Origin: an archaeon
GTDB lineage: Archaea > Nanobdellota > Nanobdellia > Pacearchaeales > GW2011-AR1
DNA length: 64,000 nucleotides
Assembly: GCA_030636025.1 (NCBI GenBank)
Contig: DAOVXQ010000001.1
Span: forward strand, 96,809 to 160,808
Direction of reading: 5' to 3'
How positions within the stretch are numbered: position 1 is the stretch's first letter; each line of letters begins with the position of its first letter. Under the pieces are notes generated by a model. That model was not told the origin of the DNA. It saw only the letters and a list, made by a program, of their open reading frames with translations, and made no database searches. Shown here piece by piece: positions 26,050 to 36,400 of the stretch. Position numbers and translations under genes: made by a program.

Positions 26050-26603
26050 TTCAACCCAACAAGAGCATTTCTATACTCTTTATTAATATCAATAGAAATT
26101 TTCCCATTTTCAACAGGAACACAATACGGATTTTCATCCCCAGTAATTTTTTCAATATCAATATACTTCAAATTATAATAAGGCATATCACACGCATTTT
26201 TCATAGGATAAAAAAACATATTTGCATTTTCATATTCATAAAAAGAAATTTCATCTGCAACAGTTCCTGAATCCAAAGAAACAGACAAATCAGCAAAACA
26301 AACAAACTCCAGATTTGAAGGCAAACTCGCATCAAATTCAAAACTCGCCTTATCAGAATCTTTCGCCCTCTCAACTTCATTTTCCAAATCATTAATAAAC
26401 AAACCAACTTGCGCGCATTTTTTCATATCTAAAAAATAATTAACCACCATAATCGCAGTGACAATAAAGAATATAATTAATATAATTGAAAATATCATTC
26501 CAAACGACATCCCGAAAACAGTCTGCGAGCGTTTTGACTTTGAACAAATTGTATTTTTAACAACAAAGTTAAAACGCGAGTTTGCCTTTTTACCTCTTTT
26601 CAT
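26046..26603 (-). CDS. Type IV pilin-like protein with long conserved pre-sequence
   Basis: KKANSRFNFVVKNTICSKSKRSQ-TVFGMSFGMIFSIILIIFFIV. The pre-sequence is nearly identical to that of ORF 37350-38204. Confidence 0.55.
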   Translation of the reverse strand: MKRGKKANSRFNFVVKNTICSKSKRSQTVFGMSFGMIFSIILIIFFIVTAIMVVNYFLDMKKCAQVGLFINDLENEVERAKDSDKASFEFDASLPSNLEFVCFADLSVSLDSGTVADEISFYEYENANMFFYPMKNACDMPYYNLKYIDIEKITGDENPYCVPVENGKISIDINKEYRNALVGLK

Positions 26604-26646
26604 AAATTAAATAAATATAAAGAATATATAAATGTTTTATTTTATT

Positions 26647-26676
26647 AACAAACTGTAACAAACTGTAACAAACTGT
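26647..26676. repeat. Perfect tandem repeat (aacaaactgt)x3
   Basis: Read directly from the sequence. It lies in the divergent intergenic region between 26603 (-) and 26736 (+). Confidence 0.9.
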
Positions 26677-26735
26677 TAGGTAAGTCAATTTTTCAATACA
26701 TAAAAGATTATAAAGGGGGAATTTATTAGTTTTTT

Positions 26736-27215
26736 ATGGCAAATAAAGATTTAGAAGGAAAAACTGCAAAAGATATTATTTTAGATATGAAGGACATGTC
26801 TGCCCGCCCAGAATATTATAGTGGATGTGGGGCTACTTGTTCTGATTTGGATAGTGGAAAACTTGAAAGAATTTATAAGCAAGTTACAAAAGAACATGGG
26901 GAAGGCGCAGGTAATCAATTCATACAAATGGTCGCAGATATTCCTGTTTTATCAGCTACAGATTTTTTATTATCTTTTTACAAATTAGGAAATCAAGGTT
27001 GGGAATGGAATAAAGGTCTTTTGGGAAATGAAAAAGGAATTGATGTTGGACAAGATTATGGTGATGGTAGAAGAGAAGCAATAGGTATGGCAACAATTGC
27101 ATCAGGATTAGATTGGAATAATATTGATGAAACCCCTGCAATTCGAGTGCCATTTTTAAAAAAGCATGGAATTGAACTTCCTGAAGATATAAACGATTTC
27201 TATAGGCGTAAATAA
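26736..27215 (+). CDS. Hypothetical soluble protein
   Basis: 159-aa ORF with 'gattataaagg' about 25 nt upstream. It is the only plus-strand gene inside the minus-strand envelope cluster. Confidence 0.45.
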   Translation: MANKDLEGKTAKDIILDMKDMSARPEYYSGCGATCSDLDSGKLERIYKQVTKEHGEGAGNQFIQMVADIPVLSATDFLLSFYKLGNQGWEWNKGLLGNEKGIDVGQDYGDGRREAIGMATIASGLDWNNIDETPAIRVPFLKKHGIELPEDINDFYRRK

Positions 27216-27236
27216 TATAAATTTATCCTTAATTTT

Positions 27237-29402
27237 CTAAACAACATCAACCTGCTCAAGCAAGTCATAAGGCCTCACAGTTATTGAACACGCATTTGAA
27301 TTTGGCTGATTGTCATATTCATCTTTGCACCTTATATAATAGGTCTGTTTTGTATCCCAATCAATAGTATGAATCTTTTCATCACCTATTATTGAAATCC
27401 CGTCCTCAATCTCAAAATTACAATCAAGATTAGAATAACTGCAAACAGCATCTTCATTAGTTAAAATTTTCAACTTATCTCTCTCCCCATATACCCTCAC
27501 AACTATCGGGGTTTCTCTATCTGTTTCAATACTAAATGAAGTTGTTTCATAATCTGCATTTCCACCCAAATCAACACATTTGATGTAATAAGTATAATCT
27601 CCTGCAGGAAGGTCTTGTCTCTGGCTGTGTGCAGTTCCCAAATTTTCTGCAAACTCAAGATAGTCTACCTCACTGCCGGTTATAGAATAATAACAAAGAG
27701 ACTCTCCGTTGTTATATCCATTATCTGTTTTAACTTTCAAATAAACAGGAACCACATTAGTCGCCCCGAAAATTGCCTCATTTGGCTCAACATCTAAAAT
27801 ATTCAATGTCTGAGTTCCAACAACAACATATTCCTTGCTTTCAGAATTAACATTTCGATTAACCTCGTCAGAATTCGGCTGGTCCTTGCACCTGATAAAA
27901 TACTTATTTTCTTTTCTATCTTCAATCCCTATTAAAGTCGTCCTGCAAGTATAAACCAAATTCGCATTCATATTCCAAATTTGTTTATCACAAGTCATTT
28001 CATTTTCCATATTATTATAATCACTATCAGTTCGAGACCATTTGCATTCAGAAGGTTCATTTACATAAACCTCTAAATTTAATTCAGTTGTTTCATACTG
28101 GACAGGAGATTCACTTGGAATATTAAATCCTTCAATCTTTGGCGGAGTTGTGTCTGGTCCTGGTTCAACACAGAATCTTACTGAAAATGCATCCTGGTTA
28201 AAATTACCATTAGCATCTCTGCACCGAACATACAAAGTATAAGTCCCGTCATTTTCCAACTCAGGAGCAATATCATTTAAGGCATCAGGACCCGGCAAGG
28301 ACATTTTCTCTGTATGATTATAACTATACAAATTACTGCCCCCGACAAAATAAGACATTTCCTCAAAACGATCTACTAAATTATAATCAACCTTGCACTG
28401 AGCAGGTTCATTAGTTGCAACCAAAAATTCAAGAGGTGTAAATGCCTTGAGGCATTCCTGATTATCTGGTTTTATTACAACCCCTGTTGCAGGCGGCCGC
28501 ACAGACCTGTCAGGAATAGATTTATGTCCAGAACTAACTTCACTAATCATAATCTTCGGACTTGTAACATCATTTGGTGCAACCCAATCACACAACTCAT
28601 CCTCTGTCCCTGCATTAAGAAGTTCACATGCCTGCCCCAAACTCTTACATCTATATTCAGTGCATCCAAGTTTATCATCATTACACTTCTCACAATCTCT
28701 GCCACCCAAAGGCGGTTCATAAGGATAACAATTAAACTCAACAATTTCATATTCTATTTTTTCATACATGATAACAAAAATTGCTGCTGCAATTCCGATG
28801 CCCATAACTCCGCCCCATTTAGCCCCCCAAGTTCCTTTTCCAGCTCCTAAAAATTCTGTAAATCCTCCAAGCAATCCTTCATTACCATAAGCCCCACTAA
28901 GAATTTGAGCAGTAAATGTTCCAGCAGCAAAAGCACCAGCCATAACAATATCAGCATTTCCACCAACAAACCCTCCAATCATAAATCCAAGTCCTGCTAC
29001 CATTCCAACTTGCATAAAATTTTTTAGAGCATCCTTGCCAATGAAACTGAGGATGTCTTTGCCTGCCCCCCCGCTTGTTCCTCCGCCACCCCCCCTTGCA
29101 GTATCTTCGACAGTTTTTTTTGTAACTTCTTCTGTGACCTTTTTTGTAACCTCTTCAGTCAATGAATTAGTGGAAACTCTGCTAGGGTTAACAGAATTTG
29201 TAACTCTACCAAGTTCACTAGTTGGTTTATGACTACTTGAAAAAAAAGCACTGTCGGAATCACTCTCCCAACTGGATATCTTTCCACTTACAACTCCAAC
29301 ATTCCCCATCAAAAAAGCAAACGCAAACACAGAAATTATCATTAAAGACATCTCAGAATATGCCTGTATCTTCACTCCTTTTTTTATCTCTTTGTTTTTC
29401 AT
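27237..29402 (-). CDS. Envelope protein, paralog of the C-terminal half of the giant protein (glycine-zipper membrane region, Cys knot, about 4 Ig-like repeats)
   Basis: CTEYRCKSLGQACELLN matches CSEYRCKSLGLACEFVN, and HTIDWDTKQTYYIRCKDEYDN matches HTIYWDVDKTYYIKCEDGLGN in ORF 33413-37348. Confidence 0.6.
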   Translation of the reverse strand: MKNKEIKKGVKIQAYSEMSLMIISVFAFAFLMGNVGVVSGKISSWESDSDSAFFSSSHKPTSELGRVTNSVNPSRVSTNSLTEEVTKKVTEEVTKKTVEDTARGGGGGTSGGAGKDILSFIGKDALKNFMQVGMVAGLGFMIGGFVGGNADIVMAGAFAAGTFTAQILSGAYGNEGLLGGFTEFLGAGKGTWGAKWGGVMGIGIAAAIFVIMYEKIEYEIVEFNCYPYEPPLGGRDCEKCNDDKLGCTEYRCKSLGQACELLNAGTEDELCDWVAPNDVTSPKIMISEVSSGHKSIPDRSVRPPATGVVIKPDNQECLKAFTPLEFLVATNEPAQCKVDYNLVDRFEEMSYFVGGSNLYSYNHTEKMSLPGPDALNDIAPELENDGTYTLYVRCRDANGNFNQDAFSVRFCVEPGPDTTPPKIEGFNIPSESPVQYETTELNLEVYVNEPSECKWSRTDSDYNNMENEMTCDKQIWNMNANLVYTCRTTLIGIEDRKENKYFIRCKDQPNSDEVNRNVNSESKEYVVVGTQTLNILDVEPNEAIFGATNVVPVYLKVKTDNGYNNGESLCYYSITGSEVDYLEFAENLGTAHSQRQDLPAGDYTYYIKCVDLGGNADYETTSFSIETDRETPIVVRVYGERDKLKILTNEDAVCSYSNLDCNFEIEDGISIIGDEKIHTIDWDTKQTYYIRCKDEYDNQPNSNACSITVRPYDLLEQVDVV

Positions 29403-29411
29403 TTTTTATCT

Positions 29412-29741
29412 TTAAGGTTTTATTTCTAAAACTGCATTTTTTAATTCACTTAAATTATCTTCAATAAAACTCCAAATTAAATTATAATTTACAGCAGCAT
29501 ATTTATGACTTATGATATTTCTCAATTTTTCAAATTTTTTCCATTTAATTTCTTTATTTTTTCTTTTTAAATTTAATGGGATTTTCTTTATATTCTCTCC
29601 AATAACCTGAAGTCTCATTAATGTTGCATCCTGTAATTCTGAATCTTTTAAAAAATCCTCTTTGTTTAATTTAAATATAGAACTCTCTATTTTTTCAATA
29701 ATTTCCAAAATAACATTTATATATAATTTATAATCTAACAT
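29412..29741 (-). CDS. HEPN (DUF86) toxin-like protein
   Basis: RNIISHKY (Rx4H) motif. Overlaps the upstream nucleotidyltransferase gene. Confidence 0.8.
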   Translation of the reverse strand: MLDYKLYINVILEIIEKIESSIFKLNKEDFLKDSELQDATLMRLQVIGENIKKIPLNLKRKNKEIKWKKFEKLRNIISHKYAAVNYNLIWSFIEDNLSELKNAVLEIKP

Positions 29742-30036
29742 ATTCTGCTTCCTCCCTTACATAAGCCATTTCAGGTCTTAAACTTGATTCAATTATCATA
29801 TCAATTTTTCTTTTAAACATATTTTCCAATAATATCATAACTTCCGCATAATTATCAAAAGAAAGATCATCAAAATTTATTAAAATATCTATATCGCTCT
29901 TTTTTGTTTGTTTTCCTTTTAAAATTGAGCCAAATATTCCTATTTTTTTAACCCCCCTGTTTTTTAATTTATTTTTATTTTTTTCTATTTGTTCCAAAAT
30001 TTTTCCTTTATCCATTTTTAGTGTTTGTTTCTTCAT
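29728..30036 (-). CDS. Minimal nucleotidyltransferase (MNT antitoxin-like)
   Basis: IGIFGSILKGKQTKKSDIDILINF (GS...DxD) motif. Confidence 0.8.
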   Translation of the reverse strand: MKKQTLKMDKGKILEQIEKNKNKLKNRGVKKIGIFGSILKGKQTKKSDIDILINFDDLSFDNYAEVMILLENMFKRKIDMIIESSLRPEMAYVREEAEYVRL

Positions 30037-30329
30037 ATTATCCTTACCTCCTCATCAGGTATATTCTTTTTTAATAAATGATTAATCCCGCCATAAGTTA
30101 ATAAATCAACATTTTTTTTCAATTTCTTCTTTAATTCTATTTCTATTTTAATTACATCTAATAAAGTTCCATCAACATCAATCAAAATATCAATATCACT
30201 ATTTTTCTTTTCATCTCCTCGAGCATAACTTCCAAATATCCCTACCTTTTTTACATTATGTTTTTTTAAAATATTTATAATTATTTTTTTCATTTTGCTA
30301 ATTTTATTTTCTGCTTTTAACATCTTCAT
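30033..30329 (-). CDS. Minimal nucleotidyltransferase (MNT), second copy
   Basis: VGIFGSYARGDEKKNSDIDILIDV motif. Confidence 0.8.
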   Translation of the reverse strand: MKMLKAENKISKMKKIIINILKKHNVKKVGIFGSYARGDEKKNSDIDILIDVDGTLLDVIKIEIELKKKLKKNVDLLTYGGINHLLKKNIPDEEVRII

Positions 30330-30347
30330 TCTATAGTTATTACTATT

Positions 30348-30596
30348 TCAATAAATCCTCCCTCTTTTATCTATATGAACAATTTGAATTAATTCATTAC
30401 TATGAACTTCATACAAAATCCAATAATCCCCGATTCTCACTCTAAAAACCTGCCCTTTTTCTCCCTGAATTCTTTTTGTATCTTGAGGAAAGCAATTTTC
30501 AGATAGCTCATTAATTTTTTTAATTACCCTCAAATAAATTTCTTTCTCACAATTTCTAAGAAATTTTTCAGCCCTTTTAGAAAACTTAATTTTCAT
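30348..30596 (-). CDS. RelE/ParE-family toxin
   Basis: FRVRIGDYWILYEV...IVHIDKRGRIY pattern. Confidence 0.75.
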   Translation of the reverse strand: MKIKFSKRAEKFLRNCEKEIYLRVIKKINELSENCFPQDTKRIQGEKGQVFRVRIGDYWILYEVHSNELIQIVHIDKRGRIY

Positions 30597-30783
30597 CTAA
30601 ATCTTTTTTTAAATCTTCAAGTGAAACGCATTTGCCTTCTTCAAGTTCTTTTCTTGATTCTTCTAAAATGATTTGTTCGTCTCCACTTAAAAAAGAATCT
30701 TCAAAAGATTCTTGAAGTGAACTAACCATGTGCGTCAAAATTTCAAGCTTTTTATTAACGCTTTTTAATTCTTCTTGTTCCAT
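30586..30783 (-). CDS. Putative antitoxin of the RelE/ParE pair
   Basis: 65-aa acidic ORF overlapping the toxin start by 11 nt. Confidence 0.5.
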   Translation of the reverse strand: MEQEELKSVNKKLEILTHMVSSLQESFEDSFLSGDEQIILEESRKELEEGKCVSLEDLKKDLDEN

Positions 30784-30836
30784 TTTGCATTCAAAATCTT
30801 AAAGATATTTAAACTTTCCTCCTTTCATTATTTTCA

Positions 30837-32588
30837 TCATGCCCCTGCCCTCGCTTTTATTTCATCCATAAATCCTTGTATTAAACTTAAATCATACTTT
30901 TTGCCCTTAACTTTCCATTCAGCCCCGCCATCTGTATATCTTCCAACATAATTAACATAAGCACCGCAATCACCCAACGACGAGCAGACCCTGTTCATTT
31001 TCTGAGCATATCCAACTTCTAAACATTCGCAATTATCAACACACTTTCCCCCGCCAGTTAATTTTTCTTCATATTTAACAACACAAACAGAACTCCCATA
31101 ATTGCAGACACTCTGAGCATCCCCTTGATTCCAGAACATTAATCCAGCAGGAATTTCAGGAAGACAAATTCCCCCCCCCAACTGAGCACCAGCAGGAGAT
31201 TTTTCTGGTCCGTCTTCTTCACTTGCTCTTCCAGTTATTGGTGCAATCGCCTGTCCAGTAATTCCTCCTTCAAATCCGCCTGTTGAACCTCCGCTAAACC
31301 CTCCAGTTGAACCACTACCAAAAACACCAGAAGTCGAAGTATCACTTTGAGTAGTTGTTGCAACACCAACACCACTCCAAAAAACACCTTCCAACCAATA
31401 ACAATCCCGCCTGTCTGTATTCAAACAATCCTCTTCCTCTTTCTGGTCCAAACAATCTCTCCATCTATTAATCCTGCAAGCCGCCTCTGTAAAATCACCA
31501 CTTGAAGTTTCAATAAAATCCTGAATACAAACCTCATTTCTATAATCAGCACATGGTTCAATAGTTATCTCGCCATTCATACAAACATACCGAAAATGTT
31601 TACTTCCCACAGCATCAGAACCCTCGCCAATTTTTCCATCATAAACACACCACGACTCTCCATTTTTCCATTTATTTCCTTCATCATCTTTACATTCTAA
31701 ATTTCTGCAATTATAATCTCCATAAGTTGCACTTCCTTTACCACAAATTGAACTACCAAAATAATCACAGTTCCCGCATTTAGGGTCTCCTGATTTACTT
31801 AAACTGCAACTATCTGCCTTACTAACAATCTTGTTCCAATAAACAGCATCATCAACTTTAGACGAATCATAAATATTTGCAGGATTACCGCAACTATCTA
31901 CAAAATAAACCTCGTCTTTTCCATCAATGCACATTGTTCTGGTTGTCTTGCCGCAATTTGTAGCCAGTTCTTCTGCAGAACACAAATAATCTTTTTTAAA
32001 TTCAGAATTTTCTATATTCAAACACTCGCCTCTTGTTGTAAATCTGCAAGTCCGTTCAAACTCGTCTGTCTCATAAACACACGCCCCCTTGTCCTGCGAC
32101 TGAGCAATTCCAATACAACTAATTTCATCACCAACATTTGTTCTAAAGTCAGTATTTAACCCATAAATATTAGACAATCTTTTGCATCTTGTTAAAGTTA
32201 CAAAACTTGCTTGGTCTCCTATGATGCAACAACCTAATTCGCATTGAGGAATATTACATTGAGCATCATCACTCCAAACCCCTCCTGCATTCTCGCAAAC
32301 TTTTTGAGGCGTGCCTTCCATACATAAACCATCTTTACTATCAAAACAACAACCCTTCTTGCAAAAACTCGTTGCCTCGCACGAAGTCGGCGTCATCCTC
32401 AAATTTCCAGAAGTATCACAATTTTCTTCCAAAGTATCCTGACACCAAGCCCCCCCAATAGTTTTCTCACAGCAAACATTAAATGCAGGAAATATAGATG
32501 CATCTGCACTAACAAACCCAAGAGAAAAAATAAATCCCGCTACAATCAAACAAATTTCAAAACCAACCTGCAATTTTTTATTTTTCAT
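30837..32588 (-). CDS. Cysteine-rich secreted protein, paralog of the N-terminal half of the giant protein
   Basis: VYFVDSCGNPANIY matches VYWFDSCGNRENIY. NGESWCVYDG...PCADYRNEVCIQD matches NGESWCVYDG...PCLDYRNQVCIQG. LGDCGAYVNY is found in both. Confidence 0.6.
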   Translation of the reverse strand: MKNKKLQVGFEICLIVAGFIFSLGFVSADASIFPAFNVCCEKTIGGAWCQDTLEENCDTSGNLRMTPTSCEATSFCKKGCCFDSKDGLCMEGTPQKVCENAGGVWSDDAQCNIPQCELGCCIIGDQASFVTLTRCKRLSNIYGLNTDFRTNVGDEISCIGIAQSQDKGACVYETDEFERTCRFTTRGECLNIENSEFKKDYLCSAEELATNCGKTTRTMCIDGKDEVYFVDSCGNPANIYDSSKVDDAVYWNKIVSKADSCSLSKSGDPKCGNCDYFGSSICGKGSATYGDYNCRNLECKDDEGNKWKNGESWCVYDGKIGEGSDAVGSKHFRYVCMNGEITIEPCADYRNEVCIQDFIETSSGDFTEAACRINRWRDCLDQKEEEDCLNTDRRDCYWLEGVFWSGVGVATTTQSDTSTSGVFGSGSTGGFSGGSTGGFEGGITGQAIAPITGRASEEDGPEKSPAGAQLGGGICLPEIPAGLMFWNQGDAQSVCNYGSSVCVVKYEEKLTGGGKCVDNCECLEVGYAQKMNRVCSSLGDCGAYVNYVGRYTDGGAEWKVKGKKYDLSLIQGFMDEIKARAGA

Positions 32589-33349
32589 TTTCCGCTAAAT
32601 CCTGCAGGAAGCACCAAACTCCTTGATGCAAACTGAAATTTATTTAATGAAACTCTGTCTGTCAAAATATAAATCGTCGTGCCGTCCCCTTGTTTTTTCT
32701 TTTCAACTTTTATTGAAGGATAAAAAATCATATAGCTCATTGTTTCAGAATCGCCATAACGTGCCTCCCAGTTTGCAATCGAGCTCGCAATCATAACCAA
32801 CTCATAAATCTTAGAACCCACATCAGTTTTAATAGATTTATATGATTCTGTCGTGTCTTTTGTTATTGTCAAATCACTTTTAGTCTCAACAAAAATATTC
32901 CCTGAAATTAAATCAACAGAATTTTCAACCTCGCCAAAACCGACCACATAACCCTCTCTTTCCAAATTTGCCTTGACAGAATTAAAACAACTCTCAACTT
33001 TGTCGTCGATATAATTTTCAATTTCCTCCTCAATAGATTTTCTCAGCAATGGTTTTTGCATCACACAAGTTTCATAATATTCATCTGTATAACACAAATA
33101 ATCTATTTTATCTCCTTTATATTCAAAATAAAATTCAGGATTAATACTCCCCCCTTGCAACGCCAAAACATCAACAGCTTCTTCAACCGCTTCTTCAACA
33201 CAATCTTGAATTTGGGTTACAGGACTTTTACCCCCAATAAACTGCATAAAATTTCCGCCTCTAAACAACAAAAATAAAATTAACACCATCGCTAATGCTA
33301 ATATGATGAATATCGTAATCTGCCCTTTTTTATTTACACCTTTTTCCAT
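32585..33349 (-). CDS. Type IV pilin-like protein (module B partner)
   Basis: The N-terminus is MEKGVNKKGQITIFIILALAMVLILFLLF (KKG-Q). It is a paralog of 37350-38204: EEEIENYIDDKVESCF matches EEEIENYIDRKVDSCF. Confidence 0.6.
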   Translation of the reverse strand: MEKGVNKKGQITIFIILALAMVLILFLLFRGGNFMQFIGGKSPVTQIQDCVEEAVEEAVDVLALQGGSINPEFYFEYKGDKIDYLCYTDEYYETCVMQKPLLRKSIEEEIENYIDDKVESCFNSVKANLEREGYVVGFGEVENSVDLISGNIFVETKSDLTITKDTTESYKSIKTDVGSKIYELVMIASSIANWEARYGDSETMSYMIFYPSIKVEKKKQGDGTTIYILTDRVSLNKFQFASRSLVLPAGFSGK

Positions 33350-33412
33350 TCTAGTTTCTTTGACTCCTAAATCCTTTCTTTTCTAAAGAAAGTATTTAGT
33401 ATTTATAAAACT

Positions 33413-36400
33413 TCATAAATCCCTCAACGTTTGGACAACTCTCTTGCCACCAGGATTTCCAAGTCCATCCTCGCATTTTATATAATAAGTTTTATCAACA
33501 TCCCAATAAATCGTGTGCTCTTTTCCTAAACCAATCATTTCTTCCCATTCTTCATTATCTTCTGAATACTCACATTTCCCATCCTCACTTGTCATGATTT
33601 TCAAACTTCCTGCATCATAATACATTCTTGTAATTATCGGTCCAGTGTTATCAACACTAATTGTAAAAGAAACGGAATCTTCTGCAATGTTGCCTGCAAT
33701 GTCTGTGCATTTGACAGAAAGATTGTGTTCTCCCTCATATAATGAAAATCCAGTCTGCCTATGTCTATTTGTCCAAACATCTAAAAAAGCATTAGAAGTA
33801 AATTCAAAAGGAATTAAATTACCATAGGCCTCATAACTGCAAACAGATTCCCCATTATCAACTCCCCCAGAAGTTTCAACCTCTAAATCAATAACCATAA
33901 AATCATTGCCTGTGAAAAATTCATTACCATAGCTTTCAGAATCTTTAACTTTTAAGCTATCAATTTTTAAATCAAACTCAGCAACATTCAAAACATATTC
34001 AAAAGGACTTTCCATTGCATTTCTCAAACTCTCATTCTCAGGGAAATACCACGGATTATCTTTGCATTTAATGTAAAATTTATTCTCTCCTTTTTCAAGC
34101 CCTGTTAATGTAGTATTGCAAACCAAGGCACTTTCTATTGAAGTTTCACAATCCATTTGATGAACCACATCATCCCGCATATCATCATATTCTGTAAACT
34201 CATCAAGCCCCCATCTGCAATACGCAGGTTCATTCATCCAGATTTTCAACTCTTTCTCTTCAACACCTTTTTTAACATAACCTCCACTTAAAGGAAATGC
34301 CTGTTTCACATAAGGCGCATCTCTATCTCTGCCTTTTTTAACACACATTTGTATAATATATTGAGGAGAGCTTTCCAATCCATAAGCCCCCTTACATTTA
34401 ACATACAATCTCAAATCACCATATTTTTCAATTATTGTTTCAGTTGGAATTGGGTATTGATTAACTAATGATGCAACACTTGGTGCCATAAAATTCAAAG
34501 TATGATTATACAAAAGTAAACTACTCCCAAAATAACTACTCCCCATTTCATCAAAGCCAACATCCTCAAAAGAATATCTGCAAATAGTTGGCTTATTTTC
34601 TGTTTTAATTCTCATACTAAATGCGGTATTTTCCGGGATGCATTCACCTGAATCTGAAATCCCTGCCCCATAAGTCTGTTCTCTAAATTCAAAATCATTT
34701 GAAATCTCTCCAAAAGAAATTATCGGAATCAGACCATCATCTTGCATAGGCACACACAATGGATTATCACTATTTTCATTAACAAATTCACACGCAAGAC
34801 CCAAGCTCTTGCACCTATACTCAGAACACTGTTGCAATAAATCCCCCTCATTATCCATCTCTCCCTGATTGCACAAATCACAATTCTCTGCACCAAACTC
34901 TGGCTTCCAAGGAAGGCACTGAAAATGAACTGATTTTTTGCTTACATCTCCAATTCCAAAACCAAATTTTAAAAGAGCACCGATTGCTACTCCAATGGCT
35001 GCACCAATAAGTCCTCCTGCTAAAAATCCTAACTTCGTAAAGATTACTAAAACTACCGCACCTACAATTGCAAACCCCATTGATGCCCACATAACATCTG
35101 CTGAAAATCCTAATAGCATCCCGATTATTGTAGTTAATCCAACTGCAATTCCAACAGCTAATCCTGCATTAACAATCCCTGCGATAACAACTCCTAAATT
35201 TGAACCTGCCGCCGCAACTACTCCTGCAGTGGCTACTCCTTCTAATGCTACAATAAATCCTCCTAATGTTCCTGCAGATGCTGCCAAAGCCCCCCCAACA
35301 ACAGCAAGACCATAAACCCCCATACCAATCTTCCCCATAGCACCAGCAACTTTCCCACCATCACCAAAATCATCTTCACTTATCCCCAAAGCACTACTCA
35401 AATATCCTTTTTTAACAAGATAATCCACAACATCCATAGACTCTATTTTTTCTCCTGCAATTGGCTCAGCATTTCTCACATATGCATTTTCCATTTGACT
35501 AAAAAAAGCAGGATTGCCCCAAATTCTAAGAAGTTCTCCAAGATTAAAATTATTCACAGCAAAACCCTCTGTTGAAAAATCCCCTTCATAATTAACATAT
35601 GCCCCGCAATCGCCCAAGCTAACACACCATTCATTCATTAATTTCACTGCATTTGCATTTGAACAATGAGTGTTAATTTTTTTATCTTTGCCTATTCTTT
35701 TAACCTTGATAATCTGGCAACTTTGCGTCGCCATGCTACAAATATTTTCATTAGTCTGTCCAGAACCCTGTTCAGCAACATTGCCAAAATCAAAACCAGG
35801 AGGATATTTAGGTGTGCAGGTATTAAAATAAAACTTAGTATCAATATAAGTGGACTTGACATAACAAAAAGGATTTTCATCACATTCTTCAAGTGCTTCT
35901 GCGTGTTCCGAAGCTGTTTCGCCCTGAGTATTATATACTAAACAATTCTGCCACGGGTTTGCAATGCAGTTCGCAGAAGAAAAAATCTCCCCATTATCTA
36001 ATTCTTGGTCCCCCTGAATGCAAACCTGATTTCTATAATCTAAACAAGGGTTTGATTTTACTTCTCCATCTTCACAATAAAATTTCCAATGTCTGCTTCC
36101 AACAGTATCTCTTGAAAATGGATTTGCAGAATCAAAATCTACTCCAACAGCCCCATCATAAACACACCAACTTTCTCCATTTCTTTTTGTCACTTCCTGC
36201 CCGTCAATTAAAACATCCGGGCAATTCAAATCTTTGCAAACTGCCTCACCACTTTCTTCACTACAAATACTCCCGGCATACCTTAAGCAATTCCCACAAT
36301 CTTCTGAATTCGCATTTGCATCCTCAGAATCAACACCACAACTTTCCCCCTTAGACAAAACCATTCCATTATTCCAGCTTTCATCCAAATCACTTGAATA

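Noticed and set aside
26647-26676. Possible CRISPR-like array
   Set aside because: It is only three contiguous 10-bp units with no spacers. No CRISPR repeats or cas genes occur anywhere in the window.
34938-35315. Pro/Ala/Thr-rich plus-strand ORF (also 29035-29232, 35666-36354, 36983-37186, 37401-37829 and 28524-28850)
   Set aside because: These are antisense to the Gly/Ala-rich and other parts of the giant protein genes. GGN/GCN codons read as Pro/Ala on the opposite strand.
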